Of a stretch of DNA of 64,000 nt, positions 55,298 to 64,000 are shown one piece after another. Where the stretch lies: assembly GCA_040400605.1 (NCBI GenBank), contig JBBAPZ010000007.1, positions 83,485 to 147,484 of the forward strand. Reading direction: 5' to 3'. The position numbers and the translations under genes were made by a program. Within the stretch, counting starts at the first letter, position 1, and every line of letters starts with the position of its first letter. The notes beneath the pieces are model-generated. The model ran no database searches, was not told the origin of the DNA, and saw only the letters and a list, made by a program, of their open reading frames with translations. This stretch comes from Candidatus Sericytochromatia bacterium (lineage in GTDB: Bacteria; Cyanobacteriota; Sericytochromatia; S15B-MN24; JAQBPE01).

Positions 55298-57103
55298 CTA
55301 GCGTTCGTGCTTGCTCAGCTTGGCCTTGCGCAGGCGGATCGACGTGGGTGTGACCTCACACAGTTCTTCCTCGTTGATGTACTCCATCGATCGCTCAAGG
55401 GTCATCTCAATCGGCGGCTGCAAGGTGGTCAACACATCCGCGCCAGCCGAGCGAATGTTGGTCATCTTCTTGGCCTTGCAGACGTTCACGTCCAAATCCT
55501 GCGGTCGGTTGTGCTCGCCGACGATCATGCCACCGTACACCTTGGTGCCCGGTTTGATGAAGAAGTCGCCCCGATCATCAAAACTCTGGATCGCATAGCC
55601 AGTGGCCTCGCCATCTTCCCAGGCGATCATCACCCCGTTGCGGTGCTGGGCAATCTCACCGGCGTGCGGCTCGTAATCGAAAAAGGAATGATTCATGATG
55701 CCCTCACCCTTGGTCATGCGAATGAAGTCGCTCCGAAAGCCAATAAGCCCCCGCGACGGCACCAAAAACTCCAGCATCGTTCGACCCGCTTCACTGTGCA
55801 TGTGCTGCATCATGGCACGCCGGGTCCCCAAGCGTTCAATGCAAGCGCCCGCAGCCCAATCCGGCACGTCCAGGACCAAGGTCTCAAAAGGTTCATACAG
55901 CGCACCATCAATCTCGCGCAGAATCACTTTTGGTTTGGAGACCTGAAACTCATAGCCCTCGCGGCGCATTGTTTCCAACAAGACCCCAAGGTGCAACTCG
56001 CCGCGACCGGACACCAGGAACGCGTCGGTGTTATCGGTGTCTTCCACCCGCAGCGCCACATTGCTCTCCAGTTCCTTGTAGAGGCGATCGCGCAATTGAC
56101 GGCTCGTCACAAACTTGCCTTCCCGCCCCGCGAAAGGACTCGTATTGACACCCAGGGTCATCTGCAAGGTCGGCTCATCGATGCGAATGAGTGGCAGTGG
56201 ATGCGGATCACTCGCCAAACACAAGGTCTCACCAATGTTGGCATCCACAAAGCCCGCAACCGCCACGATGTCACCCGCCGCAGCCGCCTCAACATCAAGA
56301 CGCTTAAGACCCGAAAACGAAAACAATTTGCTCACCCGACCCCGGGTATGGCTACCATCGGCGCGAATCAGAACGAGGTTATCACCACTATGGATGATGC
56401 CATTATGTATCCGGCCGATGATGATGCGGCCGAGGTACTCGGAATAATCCAACGTGGTGACCTGCAATTGCAGGGGCTTGTTGGGATCACCCACTGGTGG
56501 CGGCACATGATGCAGGATGGCTTCGAAAAGCGGTACGAGATTGTCCCGGGGATCATCGAGGTTCTTGACGGCAAAGCCCGAAATACCCGACGCATATATC
56601 ACCGGGAATTCGATTTGATCGTCATCCGCCCCAAGTTCGATGAAGAGGTCCAGCACGCGATCGATCGCCCGCGCCGGATCACAGCCATCCCGATCAATCT
56701 TGTTGACAACCACGATAGGCTTCAAGCCCTGCTCCAACGCCTTGCGCAAAACAAAGCGCGTTTGCGGCATCGGTCCCTCAAACGCATCGACCAGCAACAA
56801 ACAGCCATCCACCATCCCAAGCACACGCTCAACCTCGCCACCAAAGTCCGCGTGCCCAGGCGTGTCCACGATATTGATCTTCACCGCCTCGCCCCCCGAC
56901 TGCGGTACATATGCGATCGCCGTGTTCTTCGCCAAAATCGTGATTCCACGCTCGCGTTCGATGTCATTGGAGTCCATCACGCAGGTGGCTACCTGCTCGT
57001 TGGCCCTGAAGGCACCGGACTGCTTCAACAATCCATCCACCAGCGTCGTCTTGCCATGGTCAACGTGTGCGATAATCGCCACGTTGCGAATGTGCTCATT
57101 CAC
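55298..57103 (-). CDS. typA: Translational GTPase TypA/BipA
   Basis: [46 protein letters not shown]. Confidence 0.98.
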   Translation of the reverse strand: MNEHIRNVAIIAHVDHGKTTLVDGLLKQSGAFRANEQVATCVMDSNDIERERGITILAKNTAIAYVPQSGGEAVKINIVDTPGHADFGGEVERVLGMVDGCLLLVDAFEGPMPQTRFVLRKALEQGLKPIVVVNKIDRDGCDPARAIDRVLDLFIELGADDDQIEFPVIYASGISGFAVKNLDDPRDNLVPLFEAILHHVPPPVGDPNKPLQLQVTTLDYSEYLGRIIIGRIHNGIIHSGDNLVLIRADGSHTRGRVSKLFSFSGLKRLDVEAAAAGDIVAVAGFVDANIGETLCLASDPHPLPLIRIDEPTLQMTLGVNTSPFAGREGKFVTSRQLRDRLYKELESNVALRVEDTDNTDAFLVSGRGELHLGVLLETMRREGYEFQVSKPKVILREIDGALYEPFETLVLDVPDWAAGACIERLGTRRAMMQHMHSEAGRTMLEFLVPSRGLIGFRSDFIRMTKGEGIMNHSFFDYEPHAGEIAQHRNGVMIAWEDGEATGYAIQSFDDRGDFFIKPGTKVYGGMIVGEHNRPQDLDVNVCKAKKMTNIRSAGADVLTTLQPPIEMTLERSMEYINEEELCEVTPTSIRLRKAKLSKHER

Positions 57104-57366
57104 CGTCGTTCAAAACCTTTCCTTATCCCCAAACCCACCGTAAATTTCAAGAGAAACAATCCCATGGTAGCCCATCGCCAAAGTTCCGGTCAAAACAGCG
57201 TACTTGAATACAACCCTGCTCAGCACCGTTTCTGCAATCAAAACATTCAGAATGAGCGACCAAAACAACCACTCAGAGCATACACCGACCTCGGTAGCAC
57301 AGCACACAAGCCCGACCCTAAATTCCTCAAAACATCGCTGCCACGCGGCGGTGAAAACCAAAGCAG

Positions 57367-57879
57367 TCAAGGCTTGATCAGACGCCCCTGCACATCACGC
57401 ATCGCATCAACTCTAAGTGGGTAGTCTTCCGCCACCACCGACACGTACACCACAACATTCAATTTTTCATCAAACACCGCTTGAGATCCTGCCGCCCGCG
57501 ATGGCCAATGTTTGATCTGCTTCGCCATCTGACGCTCGGTCAAATGGGCACTGCGAGCCACACTCGTCGGCTTGGGCCGCGTCCCGTCAAACACATACCA
57601 TTCCAACCGGCCTGCCGATCGACCGGAGGGGTCCGACAAAACCACGTGAGTCAAATTACCCACCAACCGGAATTTCTGAACTGGACGCATCAAGCGCTTG
57701 TCATACTGATCAAATGCCGACAAACTCACGGCCTTGTAGCTCGACTCCTTAAACGCCCCAAACAATCCAGCCGCGCCAACCTGGTTTCCATCAGACACCC
57801 GCGGCAAGCCGGGACTGGCCAAACTCCCGCACCCCGCCAAACACAAACCGGCAAGCACAGCCAAAGCCACACGCATCAC
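57367..57879 (-). CDS. Hypothetical lipoprotein
   Basis: AAGGGG SD; MRVALAVLAGLCLAGC lipobox. Confidence 0.7.
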   Translation of the reverse strand: MMRVALAVLAGLCLAGCGSLASPGLPRVSDGNQVGAAGLFGAFKESSYKAVSLSAFDQYDKRLMRPVQKFRLVGNLTHVVLSDPSGRSAGRLEWYVFDGTRPKPTSVARSAHLTERQMAKQIKHWPSRAAGSQAVFDEKLNVVVYVSVVAEDYPLRVDAMRDVQGRLIKP

Positions 57880-57929
57880 GGATCCCCCTTCTTCCCAGAC
57901 TCACTGGGCCACTGGTTGTGTCGAATACC

Positions 57930-58059
57930 TTAATGTTTTGATTATCGAAACTTAACCCTTGTTTCATTCTTAAACAAGAGTAAATTTTAAATTAAGAAAA
58001 TATTAAGAAATCTGTCATGCAGACAATTTAAGCTTAAGTCATTTTTAGTCGATGGTTAA
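57930..58059. promoter_or_regulatory. Arrays of TTAA half-sites phased at 11 bp (OmpR/PhoB/CtrA-like binding sites)
   Basis: Half-sites at 57930/57941/57952/57963, 57970/57981/57992/58003 and 58034/58045/58056. Confidence 0.65.
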
Positions 58060-58126
58060 GAATTGTGGATGCCATGTTGCGCGATAAAATAGATGAGATG
58101 GTTCCCTGGTGCGGGAGGTGTTGCAG

Positions 58127-58639
58127 ATGATGATGCAGTCAACGACAGGTTTCAATCGATCCTTGGCGCCGGTGCAGAACTGGACGCTGCGTGAGCCATT
58201 GGTATCGGAATCTGCGCCGACTGCAGGTTCGGCGAGTCTTGGTTATGGCTATGGTTATGACTACTATCCGAGCCAACCACCCGTGCCGAGCCAAGGGGTG
58301 TCTGGCTCGCGCCTGTTGGCGTGGGGTGGGGGTGCGGTGAGCTTGTATCACGTCGGGCGTGGGCTCTTGGGGAACAGCCCAAGTGGTTGGCTCATTGCCG
58401 GCTTGTTGGTCACAGGCGCACTGTGCGGCAACGCGATGCAAAACTGGTTGATTGCCGAGGATGCGCGTGGCTCGGGGCTCGGAAAAGCCACGATGTGGAG
58501 CGCGGGCGCAATTTCCGCTTTTCGTGTCGGCCGACCGATACTGGGGTACAGCCCAGCCGCGTGGTTGATCGCGACCTTGCTGGTCGCAGGTGCCTTAACC
58601 GGGCAGAGCATCTATAACTACCTGGTCTCACGGCGTTGA
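58127..58639 (+). CDS. Hypothetical membrane protein with a duplicated Gly-rich helical hairpin
   Basis: GGGAGG SD; two copies of W..GA.S...VGR..LG.SP..WLIA.LLV.GAL.G....N.L. Confidence 0.72.
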   Translation: MMMQSTTGFNRSLAPVQNWTLREPLVSESAPTAGSASLGYGYGYDYYPSQPPVPSQGVSGSRLLAWGGGAVSLYHVGRGLLGNSPSGWLIAGLLVTGALCGNAMQNWLIAEDARGSGLGKATMWSAGAISAFRVGRPILGYSPAAWLIATLLVAGALTGQSIYNYLVSRR

Positions 58640-58939
58640 CAGCCAGCCTGTCAGGATAAGGGCCAGGTCGCATCCGACTGGTCCATTTTTACGCAGTTCC
58701 ACCAAACCGTCGGCTGAACTAACAAGGGCTGGCGGTGGCCTGCGTCGCCCAACGTTTCCGAAACGCCACTGCTCTTGGCCAGTACACCGGTTGGTGTCAC
58801 GCGTTGGCTGCGTGGAACGCGTGGGTGTCGTACCAGACGGCAGCAAGCTTTGCCACCAGACTTGCCGTTTCTCCGCAAACCGCACGTTGAAACACCTTGG
58901 ACACACCGTGACGACACACACGGTTTATCGAAAGCGCAC

Positions 58940-60241
58940 TCAAGGATACAAACCGCGCAGGTTCGCAGCCTGCACGACGTGGTTGAGCGCCTCGATATGG
59001 GCGGCGAGCCGCAAAGGGAGGCCATCGCGTTCTGCGCGACGTTGAACCTTGTGATAGGCGCGTAGCTGAAGCGACTTCAAGCGACTGAAAACTTCTTCTT
59101 CCGTCCAAAACAGCTGGTTGTTGTCTTGAACCCATTCGAAATAACCGACGATCGCGCCACCCGCATTGGCCAGGATATCAGGAATGACCGGGACTCCCCG
59201 CGCATTCAAGATGCGATCGGCCTCCGGGGTGACGGGCATGTTGGCTCCCTCGCAAATCAAGCCCGCCCGTATTTGATCAGCGTTGCTTTTCGTAATCTGA
59301 CAGGGCAGCGAGGCTGGAATCAAAATGTCGACATCCAGCAAAAGCAGCTCAGCTTCCGTAATACGCTTCGCAACGGCGTAACCGCCCAAGTCACGGTGAT
59401 GCTGGACGTATTGCAGCAAATCCCGGACATCAAGCCCTTCAGGGTCGTGAATGCCGCCTGAGCGATCGCTCACGGCCACAATCTTGGCACCATCTTGATC
59501 CAACAGCTGCGCGGCCACACGACCGATTTTACCGAATCCCTCTATCGCGACACTCGCACCATGCAAACGTTTGTTCGCCCGGTCGTAATACTCCTGAATC
59601 GCGAGAAAAACCCCGTAGCCTGGCGCCTCACGGTTGCCCTGCGTTCCCCCAATGGCCAATGGCTTGCCCGTCACGGAACCTGCCACGGCATAACCGCGAT
59701 TGACGCTGATTGTATCCATGATCCAAGCCATTTCGCGCTCACTGGTGCTCACATCCGGCCGCGGAATGTCCCGCAAGGGGTCAAACACCAACGCCATGTC
59801 CGTGGTATATCGGCGCGTCAGGCGCTCTAGTTCTCCCTCCGACAGCGTGTAAGGATCCACGGTCACCCCGCCCTTTGCGCCACCGAAGGGTATACCGACC
59901 AAGGCACATTGCCACGTCATCAACATGGCCAACGCGGTAATCGCATCTTGATCCACTTCCTGATGATAGCGAATTCCGCCATAGTAAGGCCCCAGCGTAT
60001 TGGAGTGCTCCACCCGATAACCAGGGAAAACCCGGATCTCACCATCATCCATTCGCACCGGCGAAAAAGTCTGTATCACCCGTTCCGGCGCAAACAGACG
60101 CAAACGCTCCCCTGAGGGCAACTGCAGCATCTCGCCGGCAAGGTCCAAGCGCACGCGCGCCTGACCCAACAAGTCACGACGCCCCTTGTACTGCGCAGGC
60201 AGGTGGTTAGGAAAATTTAACGCTCGAGTCGACTCGTTCAT
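58940..60241 (-). CDS. Glu/Leu/Phe/Val dehydrogenase homologue with altered substrate site
   Basis: GGIRYH, PFGGAKGG, VTGKPL..GG, EGANMP, IPDILANAGG, YFEWVQ. Confidence 0.9.
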   Translation of the reverse strand: MNESTRALNFPNHLPAQYKGRRDLLGQARVRLDLAGEMLQLPSGERLRLFAPERVIQTFSPVRMDDGEIRVFPGYRVEHSNTLGPYYGGIRYHQEVDQDAITALAMLMTWQCALVGIPFGGAKGGVTVDPYTLSEGELERLTRRYTTDMALVFDPLRDIPRPDVSTSEREMAWIMDTISVNRGYAVAGSVTGKPLAIGGTQGNREAPGYGVFLAIQEYYDRANKRLHGASVAIEGFGKIGRVAAQLLDQDGAKIVAVSDRSGGIHDPEGLDVRDLLQYVQHHRDLGGYAVAKRITEAELLLLDVDILIPASLPCQITKSNADQIRAGLICEGANMPVTPEADRILNARGVPVIPDILANAGGAIVGYFEWVQDNNQLFWTEEEVFSRLKSLQLRAYHKVQRRAERDGLPLRLAAHIEALNHVVQAANLRGLYP

Positions 60242-60283
60242 CTTCACAGCTCCATTGCTGGGCTCACCATATTCGCTCGGGCA

Positions 60284-60312
60284 AGAATAGCACGACACAC
60301 GATACTTGACAA
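60284..60312 (-). promoter_or_regulatory. Sigma70-type promoter of the dehydrogenase homologue
   Basis: Minus strand TTGTCA - 17 bp - TATTCT with a TG extension. Confidence 0.55.
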
Positions 60313-60527
60313 ACCGCCGCTAAGGCTGTCAAGCCCGCAATCGCGAACGTCGGTCATTGCCGTGACCGGCTTGTGTCTCGAAACCCCACGTGACTGCGAA
60401 ACTGCCCCAAAGGCTCGCAGCCTGAGCAACTGCAGAACTGTCAACGGTTGCAAACCAACCATAACCCCTGCGTCCATCGACGGGACGTCTTACCAGAAGG
60501 AGGATGTCAGCACCGCGCCAGAGTCTC

Positions 60528-60563
60528 GTCAACCGGATGGTCAACCGGATGGTCAACAAATGG
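60528..60563. repeat. 12-bp tandem repeat GTCAACCGGATG, about three copies
   Basis: GTCAAC at 60528, 60540, 60552. Confidence 0.8.
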
Positions 60564-60684
60564 CTTCCAAATGGGCACCCTCAAGTCACGTCAATGGTAT
60601 CTTCGCCCGATGCTTGGCGCACAGCCCCTTGTTGGAGTACAATCGAGCGCGGTTGTTAGCCGACGAAAGGAAGTATCAGCGCCC

Positions 60685-61062
60685 ATGTCAGGTACCCACG
60701 CGAGCAGCCTCAACCATTTAATCGTCCTGATTCAGGACGGGCGTCAGCTTGTTTTCGAGAGAGATGCGCAGGATCGCCTGAGACTCGTATCCAGTGATGC
60801 CTTGATCAGTGCCGAAGGTAGTGTGATCTTGGGTTTTGGCCCTTGGCCCGCTTGGCACGTCAATGTGTCGAATCGGGTGGTAACGCTCCCTGACGAAGAG
60901 TCGGGCCTGTTTGAACCGGAGCGGCTGTTCGTTTTAAGGGAACAATATCTGTTTCTTAACGTTGACAGCGAAAAACCGTCGGCCTTCGGACCCATTGAAA
61001 AAGCATATTGGGAAGGCACGGAATCAATTGTGCAGGCCCGACGCAAAAGTGGCAAACACTGA
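60685..61062 (+). CDS. Hypothetical protein
   Basis: AAAGGA SD before ATG 60685; TACAAT upstream; globular composition. Confidence 0.6.
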   Translation: MSGTHASSLNHLIVLIQDGRQLVFERDAQDRLRLVSSDALISAEGSVILGFGPWPAWHVNVSNRVVTLPDEESGLFEPERLFVLREQYLFLNVDSEKPSAFGPIEKAYWEGTESIVQARRKSGKH

Positions 61063-61218
61063 TCTAGTGTTTACCCGAGTGGCTTCAACGATGCAGAAAA
61101 GCGCTGATTGGTGATCGAATTTTGGCTGTGGTTCGTCAACAGCAGGTAAGTGCCTGATATTGTTGATTCTCCTACACAGGTTGTAGATCGTAACCGATGC
61201 GTCACTGTCAAGTCTGAA

Positions 61219-61388
61219 TGCGGTTGGGAAGAGCCTTGGCGATGCTGATTGCGATCACTTATCAGGGGATCGTCAACGCCTGAGCCTGCTTCTGGTGCTT
61301 GGAACACGCCACATACCTTTGCTTGCAGCTTAAGTGGGCTGGGCCTTGAACCTGCGCGCGGGAGCAACAGCCTTCTCCCCTTGCCGTG
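61219..61388 (+). ncRNA. Candidate 6S RNA-like structured RNA
   Basis: About 170-nt rod: closing stem GGGAAGAG/CTTCTCCC, central bubble, inner stem GCCTGAGCCTGCTT/AAGTGGGCTGGGC, CCTTGAACC on the 3' side. Confidence 0.45.
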
Positions 61389-61458
61389 AACCGGAACCGG
61401 AGATTTTTTCAGTCTGACCCGACAATGGTTCGTCTGAATGTCTGTTGCCAACAAGGGC

Positions 61459-61514
61459 AATCAGTGAATCTGATGATTCCCGTGGCGCCCAACCATCAGA
61501 TTCACTGATTTTTC
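61459..61514 (+). terminator. 17-bp perfect inverted repeat with T tail
   Basis: AATCAGTGAATCTGATG (61459-61475) / CATCAGATTCACTGATT (61494-61510), then TTT. Confidence 0.55.
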
Positions 61515-61673
61515 GTTAAATATTCGTTGTGACCATACCGCACGTAACATCCAACATCGGTCTGCTTACCCTTGCGTATCGTTCTGATGGTCAGCGTCCG
61601 ATCGGTGAAATTGATGGTTGCCGCGAAACGGTTTGGCGACCCCAACGGCCGGGTACGATAAAGTCAAGGAGGG

Positions 61674-64000
61674 ATGACTATCGTGCAGGGGTGGCGCATG
61701 ATACACGTGCTGGTCGCTTTGGGCCTGATAAGCGCTCAGGCTTGCCAAGCGCCGACGGTGTCTGCCCCCAAGCCCTTGCGCGGAGCGGTGCGGCAGGTTC
61801 TGACACCCGCGTCGCCGGGGCCATCGGCTGCGCCAATGCCCTCCGCATCGATCGCAGCGGTATCCATTGCGTCGGTGTCCGCCGCGCCCAGTGGCGTGTC
61901 CCCAACCGGGAGCGATCGCCTGAGCGACCGCGTGAGCAAGGGCATTGAAAACATCGCCCGCCTGAGTTTCGCCCAAGGACGCGGTGTCGTGAGCGCGCAA
62001 GCACCCGGTTTGCTCCGCGGCGCCTCCCTCGGCAGCCCGCTCAATGATGCCACAACCAACCTGCTTTCAAACAATGCGGCCGGTATCCTTTCCAAAAATG
62101 GCGGGGGGCTGATCGCCAACAATGGCGGCGGTTTGATCGCGAATAACGGCGGCGGCTTGATTTCCAACAATGGCGGCGGCTTGATCGCGAATAACGGCGG
62201 GGGGCTCGTTTCGGGTTACGCGAGAAGCTACCGTTTGTTGCAGACTCAACAGGCGCCCTCGCTGATTCCTTTGGCCGGAGAGTTTTTGTTGGCACGTCGT
62301 GAATGGTTGACCGGTGGAACTTTGTTACAATTCGCCAAGCCCAAGATTCCGGTGCGGCATTACGTGCGCTACGTGGGCCAAAATGGGGCGGGGCAAGCCT
62401 TGTTGGAAGCGCAAATGGAAACCGGGACTTATCGTCCGGATGGCACGGCGGAAACCGTTCGATTCAGGCGCGAGGAATGGAACAGTGCCGGGGAGCGTCA
62501 CATGTTTCGCACCCACGTCGAGACTTATGGGGATGGCGAACGTTTGACACTGGCGGCATTTGGGCCTGAGCCCTGTATCATCAGATACCCGGAAGTGGGT
62601 GTCGATGTGGCCATCGAGCGTTACAGCATTGATTTGACGCAGGGCATCGGCCAGTTTCGTTATCGTTTTGGTCAACTTGGGTTCGTCGAAGAGGGCTCGA
62701 TGGACAAGGTTAGATTGGATGCACAGGGTCGCCTTTATTTCAGCGAATTTGATGCATTGATGGCTTATGACGGGCAAAGTACGGTAACAGACAGCCAAGG
62801 GTCGGTATTGTTCACCAAAAAGCGTCAGATGGTCGCTGGGCGGGTGCAGCGTGAATACGGTCTGAGTGGCGGCCTCACCATCAAGTTGCGTGCCGATGAG
62901 CAAGGCATTTATCGTGGTGTCCTGGAAGACACCAGCGGAGTCCTGGCCGATGTCGTCATGGTCATGTTGTATGACGGCTCCACCATGTTCAGACTTGATT
63001 ACCGTGGTCAGTCCGGTGAACCGCAATACATCGGATTTGGTGAACCAACCGTTGCGACGCCGGCGACTCCTGCGCCGCCATTTGCGTATACGATTCAAAC
63101 CATTGCAGGCGCAGTTGCAACCAGGCAACAAGAGACAGTGACGATCCAGGACGGCGACGCAAAGACGGCGCGGTTTGGTGAATTGCGTGCATTGGTGGCA
63201 TCAACGAAGGTTCAGGACCGGTTCTATGCCACGGACATGCTGGGCAACCGGATTGTTCGCATCGAACGGAACGGCAACAGATGGCAATTCACCACGGTTG
63301 CCGGAAATGGCGAAGCCGGGCACGTCGATGGGCCTGGCATTCAGTCGCGCTGGCTGGGGCCTTTGGGGCTGGCGATCGGTGCGGATGACGTTCTTTATGT
63401 GTCAGACTTTGGCAACGAGTGTATTCGTCGCGTTCGGTTTCAAGACGATGCCGCCATCGTCGATACCATCGCGGGCTCGGGACAGACAGGTTACCTGGAT
63501 GGCGCTGGCAAAACAGCCGCATTCAATACGGTTACATCACTTGCTGTGTCCGAAGACGCGCTTTATGTTGCGGACACTGGCAACCAACGCATTCGGCGAG
63601 TGGATCTCAAAACAGGTGATTTCGTTGTCAGTACGCTGGCTGGCAATGGTATCCCTGGTGCCCAGGATGGGGACGCCAAGAAAGCGTCGTTCGAAGCACC
63701 GGGAACCTTGCTGTTACGTGACGGGCGGTATTTGCTGATTGCCGAAACGGCTGCCAATCGGCTAAGACAGCTAGACTTGGTCGAGGCAAGTGTGTCGAGC
63801 CTGATTGCTGGCAAGGAGGCGCCAACCGTCTGGTATGACGGTCCGATCGCAAGCGGCGGTGTGGAACGCCCACTGGTCCTGTATGACGCGGGCGCACTTG
63901 GTCTTTGGACGGGGCAGACACAATTGCGTGCGCTCCTGCCATTCGGTCAACTGCGCACCGTTGCGGGCCGGACTGACACAGGCAACCAAGACGGCTTGCA
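61674..64000 (+). CDS. Large lipoprotein, 3' partial: S/P linker, LIANNGGG repeats, beta-rich domain, NHL repeats; absent from ORF track
   Basis: AAGGAGG SD, ATG 61674; hand translation open to window end; AQAC lipobox; LYVADTGNQRIRRV and TLAGNG..G..DG NHL units. Confidence 0.88.
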   Translation, partial: MTIVQGWRMIHVLVALGLISAQACQAPTVSAPKPLRGAVRQVLTPASPGPSAAPMPSASIAAVSIASVSAAPSGVSPTGSDRLSDRVSKGIENIARLSFAQGRGVVSAQAPGLLRGASLGSPLNDATTNLLSNNAAGILSKNGGGLIANNGGGLIANNGGGLISNNGGGLIANNGGGLVSGYARSYRLLQTQQAPSLIPLAGEFLLARREWLTGGTLLQFAKPKIPVRHYVRYVGQNGAGQALLEAQMETGTYRPDGTAETVRFRREEWNSAGERHMFRTHVETYGDGERLTLAAFGPEPCIIRYPEVGVDVAIERYSIDLTQGIGQFRYRFGQLGFVEEGSMDKVRLDAQGRLYFSEFDALMAYDGQSTVTDSQGSVLFTKKRQMVAGRVQREYGLSGGLTIKLRADEQGIYRGVLEDTSGVLADVVMVMLYDGSTMFRLDYRGQSGEPQYIGFGEPTVATPATPAPPFAYTIQTIAGAVATRQQETVTIQDGDAKTARFGELRALVASTKVQDRFYATDMLGNRIVRIERNGNRWQFTTVAGNGEAGHVDGPGIQSRWLGPLGLAIGADDVLYVSDFGNECIRRVRFQDDAAIVDTIAGSGQTGYLDGAGKTAAFNTVTSLAVSEDALYVADTGNQRIRRVDLKTGDFVVSTLAGNGIPGAQDGDAKKASFEAPGTLLLRDGRYLLIAETAANRLRQLDLVEASVSSLIAGKEAPTVWYDGPIASGGVERPLVLYDAGALGLWTGQTQLRALLPFGQLRTVAGRTDTGNQDGL
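62061..62213 (+). repeat. 24-bp (8-aa) tandem repeat, LI(A/S)NNGGG x6 plus a partial copy
   Basis: LLSNNAAG-ILSKNGGG-LIANNGGG-LIANNGGG-LISNNGGG-LIANNGGG-LVS. Confidence 0.92.

Noticed and set aside
55307..57424. 705-aa plus-strand ORF
   Set aside because: Antisense shadow of typA with no recognisable motifs. The same applies to long ORFs opposite glyA, valS, tig and the aldehyde dehydrogenase.
62325..63738. ORF-track calls 62325-63131 (-) and 63175-63738 (+)
   Set aside because: Antisense or alternative-frame shadows of the real gene starting at 61674.

Overview
Bacterial chromosomal window of mostly core genes. I found no rRNA, tRNA, CRISPR array or intact transposase. ClpX, TypA, NusG and the b/b' ATP synthase look cyanobacterial, but the gamma subunit lacks the phototroph insertion, gene order is Firmicutes-like and no photosynthesis genes are present. 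This suggests (inference) a non-photosynthetic relative of Cyanobacteria such as Sericytochromatia. Core content: a lipid operon (amidohydrolase-like, acyltransferase, acyl-CoA ligase); gmhB-murJ; secDF; rpmG-secE-nusG-rplKAJL with L1 and L10 leaders; a complete atp operon; rpiB-glyA-deaminase-wecA-wecB; valS; tig-clpX; typA. Accessory content: about eight lipoproteins, three of them NHL-repeat proteins, one of which runs off the window end and is missing from the ORF track. Most notable signals: (i) secDF followed by a double GT-C/PMT glycosyltransferase and a Ser/Thr/Pro-rich lipoprotein, a candidate Sec-coupled O-glycosylation system; (ii) recurrent 11-bp-phased TTAA arrays upstream of orphan and secreted-protein genes, a candidate regulon; (iii) a glutamate dehydrogenase homologue lacking its substrate-binding residues; (iv) a two-glutamate, C-terminally extended ATP synthase c subunit; (v) a 6S-like RNA and a palindromic MITE-like element; (vi) apparent HIP1 (GCGATCGC) enrichment.
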